From a virus (taxonomy: Duplodnaviria; Caudoviricetes): a stretch of 64,000 nucleotides of DNA. The notes below the pieces were generated by a model. It had not been told where the DNA came from and searched no databases. It saw nothing but the letters and a program-made list of their open reading frames with translations. Of the stretch, positions 50,652 through 60,059 are shown piece after piece. Each line of letters begins with the position of its first letter. Positions within the stretch are counted from its first letter, which is position 1. The stretch spans positions 32,001-96,000 of IMG/VR virus record IMGVR_UViG_3300037851_000542. One strand, given 5' to 3'. The position numbers and the translations under genes were made by a program.

Positions 50652-51722
50652 TTAGTAAATAATTTCCCCTGATGGGCTCTCATGCCCGAGAGCGAAAATA
50701 AGAATATTCTTTGCCGCGTTTACATCTCTTTGATGCTGACTTCCACAAGAGGAACACTCCCATTCTCTTACCCCTAACGCACTTAGTCCACTCGGTCCTG
50801 TTTTTTGAAGACAATGCGAGCAAGTTACGGTAGAGTATTTTTCGTTGGTTACTCGGAAGTCAATACCAAGCTTTAGAGCTTTATATGCAAGCATTGATTT
50901 AAATCGCCCCCAACTGGCGTCTAAAACGGACTTTGCCATTTTAGTTTTTACAAGTTTAAGGGCATTTACGTCTCCAACGAAAATTTGTTTATTCTCCTGC
51001 GCTAATTTAGTGGTAGCTTTATGCAGGAAATCTTTACGCACGTTCTTAATTTTGGCGTAGATTTTAGTGACTTGTTTTTTCTTTCTAGCTCTTTGGGCTT
51101 TAGCGAGTTTTTCTGCGTATTTTGACAAAACTTTGGGATTTTCTATTGTACTACCATCCGAGCATGTTGCTAAGGTCTTAAGACCTAGATCAATCCCTAT
51201 GACTCCTTGCCCTAAATGCTTAGCCTGAGGTTCAACTTCACAGTTTAGGTTTATGTACCATTTTCCCTCGGAGTCCTAATTAAAAGAGGCTGTCTTAAGT
51301 TTTCCTTGAACCTCTCTGGACTTCCAGAATTTAAATTTACGTTTAAGGTAAACTACCGAGTCACCTTTAAGTTGAATACCTTTTGAGTTAACAGGTATCC
51401 ATCCTAAGTTTCTTTTGTGACTTCTCCATCTTAACTTAGGCTTCTTTAAATTGTTTCTCTTAGCTATAAATTCTCTAGCTATCTCATTGATAGTAGTGGA
51501 GCTAAGTCCTAATTCTTTAGAAGATCCTACTGTTAGATAATTTAAATCGTATTCCGATATCCATCTTTTATTTCCACCTGCAGATCTTCGATCAGCGGAT
51601 TTTTTAGATACCTCATTGCAGTAATTCCATACAAAGTTCACTGATTTTGCCTTACAATTGAGCAGGTTTAAATGCGTAGAATCTTTTATTCGGAATTTGT
51701 AAGTAATCATTGCTTTCGCCAT
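50652..51722 (-). pseudogene. tnpB: IS200/IS605-type TnpB split by one in-frame TAG (51276-51278)
   Basis: read-through gives TASFN*DSEGKWYINL..GIDLGLKTL..FVGDV..TCSHC..CSSCG..RDVNAAKN in one frame. Confidence 0.9.
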
Positions 51723-51805
51723 TCGGTTAGTTTATACTTTTTAAATGAAACTTTCAAGTTTAAAAACATTATCAGAATCAAACAGCGGGTTTTGAGCTTA
51801 ATTTT

Positions 51806-52639
51806 ATGAATAATTATAAACTAAAGCCCTTCTTTAAATGTCCTGGTGGTAAAACTAAATTGCTAGCAGAGCTGCACAGTAATTTGCCCAAAGACTACCA
51901 AGATCATAAATATGTTGAATTATTCCTTGGAGGTGGGGCTTTATTTTTAAGCCTTTTACAAAGCGAGATGTCAGAATTTTATATAAATGATTATAATTTT
52001 GATACTTTTAACTTATGGAGTACTTTAATAAATGATCCTAGTAAACTTAACTATACAGAAGAACAGGATTATTATAAAAACAGATTAAAATTAAATACAG
52101 TCACCTTGTCGCCAGAGGAAAGAGCAAGTACCTTTTTATATTTAAATAAAAATTGCTTTAACGGTCTTATAAGGTATAACTCCTCTGGAAAATTTAATTC
52201 CCCAGCAGGTAAGTACGCCCGAATTCAAATGCCTAATATGCAACTTATTAACGATTTGAGCCAAGCTATCAACTCTAAATTAGTCCATTTATCAAACTCG
52301 GACTTTAAGGGATATTTTGATACACATTTTAGTTCTAAATCTTGCTTAAACGGGTGGTTTTTTTACTTTGACCCTCCTTATATTCCTATTTCTTCTACTT
52401 CTAATTTTACCGATTATACTCAACAAGGATTTAATATAGAAGGTCAACTTAAACTTGTAGAATGTATGAATAAAATTAATGAACTAGGAGGTAAGTTCTT
52501 ATTATCTAACTCATCTTCCCCTATTGCTTTAGACCTGTATAAAGATTACAATATAGTTAATATAAAAGCCTTAAGAACTATAAACAGTAAGGTTCAGAAT
52601 AGAGGACCTATATTAGAAATTTTAGTAAAAAATTATTAA
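51806..52639 (+). CDS. dam: Dam-family DNA adenine methyltransferase
   Basis: GGKTKL, ELFLGGGA, LNKNCFNGL.RYN..G.FN.P.G, DPPY. Confidence 0.9.
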   Translation: MNNYKLKPFFKCPGGKTKLLAELHSNLPKDYQDHKYVELFLGGGALFLSLLQSEMSEFYINDYNFDTFNLWSTLINDPSKLNYTEEQDYYKNRLKLNTVTLSPEERASTFLYLNKNCFNGLIRYNSSGKFNSPAGKYARIQMPNMQLINDLSQAINSKLVHLSNSDFKGYFDTHFSSKSCLNGWFFYFDPPYIPISSTSNFTDYTQQGFNIEGQLKLVECMNKINELGGKFLLSNSSSPIALDLYKDYNIVNIKALRTINSKVQNRGPILEILVKNY

Positions 52640-52854
52640 AGGGGAAGAAAACTAAAAATGTTATCAGAGTTTATAAACTACATCTTATCTTTGATTTCTA
52701 GTGTTTCGGGTGAAAATTTACAGAATTTAGCCCTGCTGGTACTGGCTATATCTGTCTGGATTTTAGCACTGCGAGTAAAAGCTATAAGTAAATTAAATGG
52801 TATACGGGATCTTTTGGCTGCGAAGAAGTTAAACCGTAAAAACAAAAAACAATA

Positions 52855-54240
52855 GTGACTAAGTGTAGTAATAATATTCTAGGAAAAGTTGGATTTAGTA
52901 TAACTCAGCAAACTATAAAAGAACTGTGTTATAACCTATCAGCTTATTCTGTAATTAATCTATACCCCAGTGTTGTATTAGGTTACAATGGATCTTACTG
53001 GTCTAAAGAATTTTATAATGAACTTATTAGGCAATTTACTGAGCTTAATATTGATTTAGTATTAATCGACCGCCCGACTACCTTGTATGAGACCTGTTGG
53101 CTCTCTAAAGAGTTAAAAACGCAACCACTGGTTGTTTATCTTACTGAGACAATGCAAGGTCCAGAATACATAAGTATCTCTCTTTTTAAAAGAGATTTAG
53201 AACCTTTAACTACTGATGAGTTAAAAGATTTAAAACTTGAATCTAACAGTACCTCTAAAGGTAACATAGATACGGTAAATATAAAGGGCTTAGTTAAATA
53301 CCTACAGGACTCTAAAGTTTCAGATTTAAGCGGGCTGTCCGAATTTAAACTGTATATCGACTCTATGTTTGGTGCAGGTGAGTACATCTTTAGGGACTTA
53401 AATCAGCAGAAGCTTATAGATGTTTCTTTCTTTAACCCTCAATCTTCACCTACAAGAATAGTAAATTATACCTCTAACCCTACTGGACAATTTCTTAGCA
53501 ATTACGCAAAGGTATGTTTAAATCCTGACTTTAAGACTTTATTTTTTGGTCTAGGTCCTGATGGCGAGAAAATAGGTCTTTATGACTTAAAACAAGATAC
53601 CGAAATTAGCTCTTCTAGTGTTATAGCGTTACTGGCATATTATTATGCTAAAATACGTAAAAAAAAGGGAACTGTTATTCTAACACCTCTTACTGGAAGT
53701 AAAACTTTAGAAGTCATAAACAAATTAGATTTAAGTTATGAAATCGTTGATTGTGGGGCTCAGGCTTTTTATGAAAGCATACATAAAAAACGAAGAAGAC
53801 CTGCATTATTTTATGCGAATGAGTATGGTAATATATGGTTTAAAGGGGATATAAATGCTTGTAATAATGTATTAGCTGTATTGGCTATAACTAATTTATG
53901 TAAAGAAATGTCCAGGTCCCCCGGAGAAATATTAGATATAATTCATACTTCGTTTTTACAAAATAATTATTTACATTTTAATTATGCTGTTATCAAAGAT
54001 GTAATAAGTGTAGAAGAATTTGAATTTATAATGAAAGATTATATAAATGATAAGAAAAATTATAATAATAGTTCCGTATACTTATTAAATAACTCATCTA
54101 GGCTTGCACTAAAAGATAATTTAAATTATAATAGATTAGAGATAAGTGTAGAATCCACTAATCAAGAAGATTTAAAGAATATTGCTATATTTTTACAAGA
54201 GGAAATAGGTAAAAAATGTTTAGAGGTATATGCTCCTTAG
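52855..54240 (+). CDS. phosphomannomutase/phosphoglucomutase-fold protein with catalytic motifs lost
   Basis: VVLGYNGSYWSKEF, LIDRPTT, PEY, LGPDGEKIG, TPLTGS, VDCGAQ, ANEYGN map to PMM blocks; TASHNP absent. Confidence 0.65.
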   Translation: MTKCSNNILGKVGFSITQQTIKELCYNLSAYSVINLYPSVVLGYNGSYWSKEFYNELIRQFTELNIDLVLIDRPTTLYETCWLSKELKTQPLVVYLTETMQGPEYISISLFKRDLEPLTTDELKDLKLESNSTSKGNIDTVNIKGLVKYLQDSKVSDLSGLSEFKLYIDSMFGAGEYIFRDLNQQKLIDVSFFNPQSSPTRIVNYTSNPTGQFLSNYAKVCLNPDFKTLFFGLGPDGEKIGLYDLKQDTEISSSSVIALLAYYYAKIRKKKGTVILTPLTGSKTLEVINKLDLSYEIVDCGAQAFYESIHKKRRRPALFYANEYGNIWFKGDINACNNVLAVLAITNLCKEMSRSPGEILDIIHTSFLQNNYLHFNYAVIKDVISVEEFEFIMKDYINDKKNYNNSSVYLLNNSSRLALKDNLNYNRLEISVESTNQEDLKNIAIFLQEEIGKKCLEVYAP

Positions 54241-54709
54241 TATTGTTATTACTTACTTTCACTCCTACTGCCGATACGGAATGTAGAGAGAATTATAACA
54301 TAAAGGAGCATTTTAGAGGATCCCAATTATTTATAGCATCATCTGTTGATACTTTACCTTCTGCTACAGATATTACTTGTATATTGTTAGAAACTATCAG
54401 CCTTAAGTCTAAAAATCTCCCTACGGATTTTATTATAGCAATCTCTGATTTAAATAATATAGGTGGGGCTATTTTGAGAGTCTCTGTAAAAGATAATCTT
54501 TTTATATTAATGGATTTTGCTAAATCTGATAGTAATAATTATACAATTACAGCTATTACATATCCAGACCCTTTAAAGAGGATTCAAGAGGTATTAAGTA
54601 AAAAAAGATTACCTACTACTTCCGATTTAACTACTTATGAGCTTTTAAAGTATAAAGCTTTAAAGTCTTCAATTACAAGTACTGAGCTACTAGAGGTAAT
54701 AGGAAAACA

Positions 54710-55387
54710 ATGATAAAATATAATTCCGATAACGAAGTTTTAGAAGCTTTAAAAAAAGAATTTAGTAGAGACTCCGAAAAGGTTTTATCTATTGGGTATG
54801 GCAAAGGTAAGAAAGATTTAGTTTACTTGTCCGTTGAAAGTGTAAGAGCACGTTTAGATGACGTTCTTGGTTTAAACTGGAATTGGGAAACTATTGAAAC
54901 TGTTTATTCTCAGTTTATAAAAGCCCCATCTAAACAGAAGCTGGACGACGGTTCCTACGGTGTTCCTGCCGGAGCAGGTCCTGTCTCGATACCTACAGTA
55001 TCTGTTACAGGCAGACTCACCTTACACTTACCTTCAGGGATTGCTGTATTTAGAGACGGTAACGGTGGAAGCTCTTTAGACAAAGGTACTGGACCTGGTG
55101 ACCCTGAGAAAATTGCAGCTAGTGATGCTTTTAAGAGAGCTGCCTGGTTTTTTGGTATAGGGGCATACTTAAGAAACGGTACTGCTTCTATAGATAATAC
55201 TTCAGTTATGGACTCAAGCAGACAGGGTTTTATTCCTCAGGTGCCAAACCAGCAGCAGCAGAATTGGAACCGAAATACAACAGTAGGAGGAGTTGTTCCC
55301 CACAATAACACTTTTACTGGACCTACGAATCATCAACAAGAACCTATAATTCACCAGACAGGTGGGTTAAAACCGGGCAGACCATAA
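54710..55387 (+). CDS. Rad52/Sak-like single-strand annealing protein
   Basis: YLSVESVRARLDDVLG..W, KIAASDAFKRAAWFFGIGAYL. Confidence 0.8.
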   Translation: MIKYNSDNEVLEALKKEFSRDSEKVLSIGYGKGKKDLVYLSVESVRARLDDVLGLNWNWETIETVYSQFIKAPSKQKLDDGSYGVPAGAGPVSIPTVSVTGRLTLHLPSGIAVFRDGNGGSSLDKGTGPGDPEKIAASDAFKRAAWFFGIGAYLRNGTASIDNTSVMDSSRQGFIPQVPNQQQQNWNRNTTVGGVVPHNNTFTGPTNHQQEPIIHQTGGLKPGRP

Positions 55388-57228
55388 TGGAAATAAAACC
55401 TGTTTATATTAAAGATCTTTATAGTAAGATAAATATAATTGTTTTAAATAAAAGAGAAAGCGTAAATGAGTTAAAAAAGGTTAGTGTAAAGATAACAGAA
55501 GAGGACTACAAGCTGTGGGTATTAAATACCTGTGTTATAGGTATAAATAATATATCCTCTTATTTAAAGGACGGGACTGCTTCTTTAATATCCCAACTAC
55601 AGGAAGCTAATGAGGATATTTATAAAAGAGTAATAGCACTAAATGAATTTTTAGATCCTAAAAACTTGTTTATTAGCAACAAACGTGAACTTACGCACAA
55701 CAATACCAAACACCTTTTAACAAAGACTAAAAACTGGTCAAAAGAAGGTACATATAAAGAGATAACTACTGTAGATTTTCAGAACTTTTTAGATATATGC
55801 TCTGCATCTAGTTTGATGGAGTACACTCAAGTACCTGAAACCTTTAAAGATTTAAATTTAATTGTAAATATAAGATCTTTTTCTGAGAATGATCTCACTG
55901 CTCTTGTAAACTTAATGGATCTGGAAACAGACAGTCATTTAAAGTACTCAGTACTAGCAGAATGTATAGATAACTTCTCAGAAATTATTACGTTAATTAT
56001 AGACGAGGTAAATAAAAGTAGACTGGATATGGTTAAAACTGTATCCAGTCTTTACAGTTTATGCATCAAGCATAACTCTTTTCTTTATTTAAATTTAAAT
56101 GAAGCAAAGTATTTAAAGAAAGAACAGATAACTTCGTCATTTTCACAGACTAGTTCTGCTTTTAATAGCTTGTTTGAAAAATTAGAAGCTGACGAAGAAG
56201 AGGAAGAATTAAAAACTAAACCACTTAAAAGTGTACCACTAGCGCAGGTAACTGAACTAGAAGATAAACTAAAAAGTAGCATTTATGGGCAGGATGATGC
56301 AATTAAAGCTATTTACAATTCCGTAAAGCGTGCGCATATGGGTTTAAAACCTCAAAACAGACCTATAGCTGCGTTTTTATTCTATGGTCCTACTTCTACT
56401 GGTAAAACGGAGCTAGCTAAGGTTCTAGCCGAGTGTTTAAGGGGTTCTGCGTCAGAAGGTCTTGTAAAAATACCTTGTGGTACTGTCTTGAATGAATCTC
56501 ATACTATACAAACTTTAATTGGTGCGCCCCCTAGCTACGTAGGGCACGAATCTAAAAGTCTATTTGGAGCGCATTTTTCTAAGGATCCTAATTTAAAAAT
56601 TATATTATTTGATGAGATAGACAAAGCACATCCTAAAGTTTTTGATTTCTTGTTAGAAGCAATGGATGAAGGTAATATGATGGATAGTAAAGGTAACTGT
56701 TTAAACTTAAGAGATTCCATATTAATCTTTACTTGTAATACTGGACAAAAAGAGGCTATAAAAGCATCTAAAGCCGCAGGTTTTACATTAAATACTAGCA
56801 ATGAGAGCCATCAACATACAGTAGAAGAAATATATAAAACCACTATAGACAATAAATTAGTAGCTGAATTTAGAGCTAGACTTAACGGGCAATTCTTCTT
56901 CCGGAGGTTAAGTGAGAGTGAACTAATACTCACAGGTAAAAAATACCTTAATGACTTTTTTAAGGTCTGGGAAAAAGAAAATAAATCTATAGTGAATGTT
57001 TCTGAAGAAGTTTATAACTTTATGCTAAAAAAATGTATAAGCAGTCAGAAAGATTGTCACGCTAGACATTTAAATCACTTTATTGACGATCAGATTATAG
57101 ATAAGTTAGGAGATTTGCTAATAGATAAAAATATTACCCCATCTTCTATAAAGTCAATAGACATTACTATAGAAAATGATTTAATTGACTTTCATATAAT
57201 AGAAAAAAAGAAAAAGCTAAAAAAGTAG
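55387..57228 (+). CDS. ClpA/ClpB-type AAA+ ATPase (D2 module only, unrecognised N-terminus)
   Basis: IYGQDDAI, FLFYGPTSTGKTELAK, LIGAPPSYVGH, FDEIDKAHP. Confidence 0.85.
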   Translation: MEIKPVYIKDLYSKINIIVLNKRESVNELKKVSVKITEEDYKLWVLNTCVIGINNISSYLKDGTASLISQLQEANEDIYKRVIALNEFLDPKNLFISNKRELTHNNTKHLLTKTKNWSKEGTYKEITTVDFQNFLDICSASSLMEYTQVPETFKDLNLIVNIRSFSENDLTALVNLMDLETDSHLKYSVLAECIDNFSEIITLIIDEVNKSRLDMVKTVSSLYSLCIKHNSFLYLNLNEAKYLKKEQITSSFSQTSSAFNSLFEKLEADEEEEELKTKPLKSVPLAQVTELEDKLKSSIYGQDDAIKAIYNSVKRAHMGLKPQNRPIAAFLFYGPTSTGKTELAKVLAECLRGSASEGLVKIPCGTVLNESHTIQTLIGAPPSYVGHESKSLFGAHFSKDPNLKIILFDEIDKAHPKVFDFLLEAMDEGNMMDSKGNCLNLRDSILIFTCNTGQKEAIKASKAAGFTLNTSNESHQHTVEEIYKTTIDNKLVAEFRARLNGQFFFRRLSESELILTGKKYLNDFFKVWEKENKSIVNVSEEVYNFMLKKCISSQKDCHARHLNHFIDDQIIDKLGDLLIDKNITPSSIKSIDITIENDLIDFHIIEKKKKLKK

Positions 57229-58122
57229 TCAGTGTTTTCTAGTTCTAAGTCTTCTTTTCCTCTGTCCTAAAGCTATAACTGAAGTTGAGTTATCTGTTTT
57301 TCTAGTCTTTAAAACAGACTTAACTCCTTGAAAAAATCTGCAATAAGGTATATCTAAGTGCTCACATATGCTTCTGTAAGCATACAGATAACTATCGTTA
57401 TCACTTTCAAACCAACCTTTAGCCTCCTCGTGTCTTGTAATATCTTCGGATAAAAAATCATTAACTGCCGAAATTAAAACGTGCTGCATCAAGTCCTTTT
57501 CGTGGTAAGCAGGATCTGTTACATCAAGAAAGTCAGCATCTAATACTGGTCTATTTTGAGACATTACTTGTCTCCGAGTTTATTAAAGTAATCTTTAATT
57601 ACAACTCCGCTTGAAGTTTCTTTCTTTAAAACCAAGTCTCCATTATAGACGTAAAACTCCCATCCATCGTTAAACAACTCATCTAGCGTCTGCTCTTGTG
57701 CAGGCTTAAATATAAGACTACAAGATGATAAAAATAAAGTTATAAGTACGAATATTAGTTTATTGATCTGCATTGGTCCTCTTTCCAAATATAACTGTAG
57801 AACACTCTATAACTAGCTCGTCGTCTGTTTTGCTCCTGACTGTTCCTACGAAAATTCCAGGTTCTAGTGATCTTTGTTTAAGAACATTAACCTTATCTTG
57901 CTCATAAACATTTAACTTGGCTTTAATTTTAAAATTAAGTTCTACTTCTACTTTACCAGGTGTATCATTTATAAACTTGGTAATCATACCGTATATTGGA
58001 TACGACTTGCCTACCTCTACCTCGCCCTCTTGAACTTCTAGTCCAAACTTTTCAAAAAAGTTCTCTGCTTTGCTATCTTCCATTTATCTCCTGAAGTTAT
58101 TAAAAGTTTACTCACAATTGTA

Positions 58123-58149
58123 TATCGGCAAGGTAGGTTCAATACTTTA
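58123..58149 (-). promoter_or_regulatory. sigma28-like promoter
   Basis: minus strand cTAAAgt, 16 nt, GCCGATA; upstream of 57760..58083. Confidence 0.8.
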
Positions 58150-58246
58150 GTAGTTATTTGAATAAAATTAAAGCTTGAAGTCTTTAAACAGATATAGTAA
58201 CATTATATCATTAAATTTAATATAATATCTATAGATTTTTTACAGT

Positions 58247-58909
58247 ATGAAAGTTTTAGCACTAAGTGATACTCACGAAAAAGAACATCTGTTACTTAAC
58301 GATCCTATATATTTAGATTATTATGATCTAGTACTTGTTGGAGGGGATGTTACAGGAGACGGGTGCCTATTTAAATATGAGCAGTTCCTAAAGTGGTTAA
58401 ATACTATCTGTGCTACCCATAAAATAATTATAGCGGGTAACCACGATTTTCAATTTTACCTACCTTCTAAAAGAAAGGAAGCATTAGAATTAACAAAACA
58501 ATATAACTGCATTTATCTTGAAGATCAATTAATTGAAATTGATGGTAAAAGAATATATGGATTCCCTTGGACTCCTGTATTTTTTAACTGGGCTTTTATG
58601 TTAGAGAGAAAAGGGGAACAAATGCAAAGAAATGTTAATTTTATACCAGAAAACTTAGATATATTACTAACACACGGTCCTTGTTATAGCATACTAGACT
58701 CTAATAAAGCGGGGCACCTTTGTGGTTGTGAAACTTTAAAAGAGCGTGTAGAACTGATAAAGCCTAAATATCATCTTTTTGGGCACATACATAGTTATAA
58801 TAAGGAGGTCCCAAGAGAGTATATAACTGCCTCTACTACTTATTATAACATCTCTATATGTGATGAGAGAAATAAGCCAATAAGCCAGCCTAGGGTTTTT
58901 GATATCTAG
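58247..58909 (+). CDS. calcineurin-like metallophosphoesterase
   Basis: SDTH, GGD, AGNHD, THGP, FGHIH. Confidence 0.9.
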   Translation: MKVLALSDTHEKEHLLLNDPIYLDYYDLVLVGGDVTGDGCLFKYEQFLKWLNTICATHKIIIAGNHDFQFYLPSKRKEALELTKQYNCIYLEDQLIEIDGKRIYGFPWTPVFFNWAFMLERKGEQMQRNVNFIPENLDILLTHGPCYSILDSNKAGHLCGCETLKERVELIKPKYHLFGHIHSYNKEVPREYITASTTYYNISICDERNKPISQPRVFDI

Positions 58910-59297
58910 AAATACCCTTCTATACTATTTACTTGGTATGGAAGATAAATTGTACTTTTACAAAGCTTTTTGCTATAACTGTGTAGACGGCGACACTATA
59001 GATGTTAATATAGACCTAGGTTTTAATTTATCTAGTCAAAATACAAGAATTCGGCTTCTACACATTAATACACCAGAAAAGAATAGAAAATCAAGTAAAA
59101 AAGCAGGGTTAGAAGCAAAGGCTTTTTTAGAAGAACAAATTTTAAATAAAGAAATATATGTACACTCCACAAAGTGGGACCACTTTGGTAGAGTGTTAGC
59201 AGACGTTTGGACTTTAGAAGGTCAAAGTATAAACACCCTATTAATAGAAAAGGGTTATGCTGTTGCGTTGGACCCTAATGATAAGAAATCCAAGTAA
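58899..59297 (+). CDS. thermonuclease (SNase) family protein
   Basis: VDGDTIDV, IRLLHINTPE, FGRVLADV, INTLLIEKGYA. Confidence 0.85.
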   Translation: MISRNTLLYYLLGMEDKLYFYKAFCYNCVDGDTIDVNIDLGFNLSSQNTRIRLLHINTPEKNRKSSKKAGLEAKAFLEEQILNKEIYVHSTKWDHFGRVLADVWTLEGQSINTLLIEKGYAVALDPNDKKSK

Positions 59298-60043
59298 TCC
59301 CTAACAGTATTTCTTGAAATACCTAGCTCCTCAGAAATTTGATAAACGCTCAAACCATCTTCATCTAGGTCGTTTACAGCAATCTTTAGAAATTCAACCC
59401 TAGAAAGTCTTCTATCTGCCTTTATTTTGTTTCTTTGAGATAGATTTTGTAAGTTAGTCTTTCGTCTATGGTTACGAGCAATGCCTTTATAGAGCCAGCT
59501 GTATAGGCTAGGAGCTTGTGAACTAGATACCCATACTCTGTGTACTACGGTACCAAAATCTCGCTCCTCTGCCCCATAGGTAGCCTCTATACCGTTAGCT
59601 TTAAGCAGTTTAATTAAACTTTCGGCAAATACCTTAGAAGGTACTGTAAATCTTGGTCTGTCGCTTGGTGTTACATAACCGTGTCTCTCATAGAATCCCC
59701 TAACAAAAGAAGATTGCAGCTCTTTCTTAATTACGGGCAAAACTTTAGCACTCTCTTTAGCAAAGTACCATTTTTCTAGGGTCTCTGAAAGACCTTCAGA
59801 AGATGCTACTAGTCTAAAGCTTAAGGTCTGAGTATTAGTATTGATCTTAGGAGAAATCTTAGTATTGACCCTAAAAAGGTTTTTAATAGTGTTTAAATCT
59901 GACTTTTCTGTAGCAAGGACTTGAATCGCAAACTTATCAAATGTAGTATCTCTTCCACCCGCCCAAGCTAGATACCCTAATACGTAAGCAGTCTCTGCAT
60001 CTTTTATGTTCGATAACTTATCTAGATTAATATGCTTATTCAT
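59255..60043 (-). CDS. degenerate LAGLIDADG protein with C-terminal HTH
   Basis: AYVLGYLAWAGG and FVRGFYERHG; GLSVYQISEELGISRNTVRDYL. Confidence 0.65.
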   Translation of the reverse strand: MNKHINLDKLSNIKDAETAYVLGYLAWAGGRDTTFDKFAIQVLATEKSDLNTIKNLFRVNTKISPKINTNTQTLSFRLVASSEGLSETLEKWYFAKESAKVLPVIKKELQSSFVRGFYERHGYVTPSDRPRFTVPSKVFAESLIKLLKANGIEATYGAEERDFGTVVHRVWVSSSQAPSLYSWLYKGIARNHRRKTNLQNLSQRNKIKADRRLSRVEFLKIAVNDLDEDGLSVYQISEELGISRNTVRDYLDFLSLGSNATA

Positions 60044-60059
60044 TTTTTCCTATCTAAAT

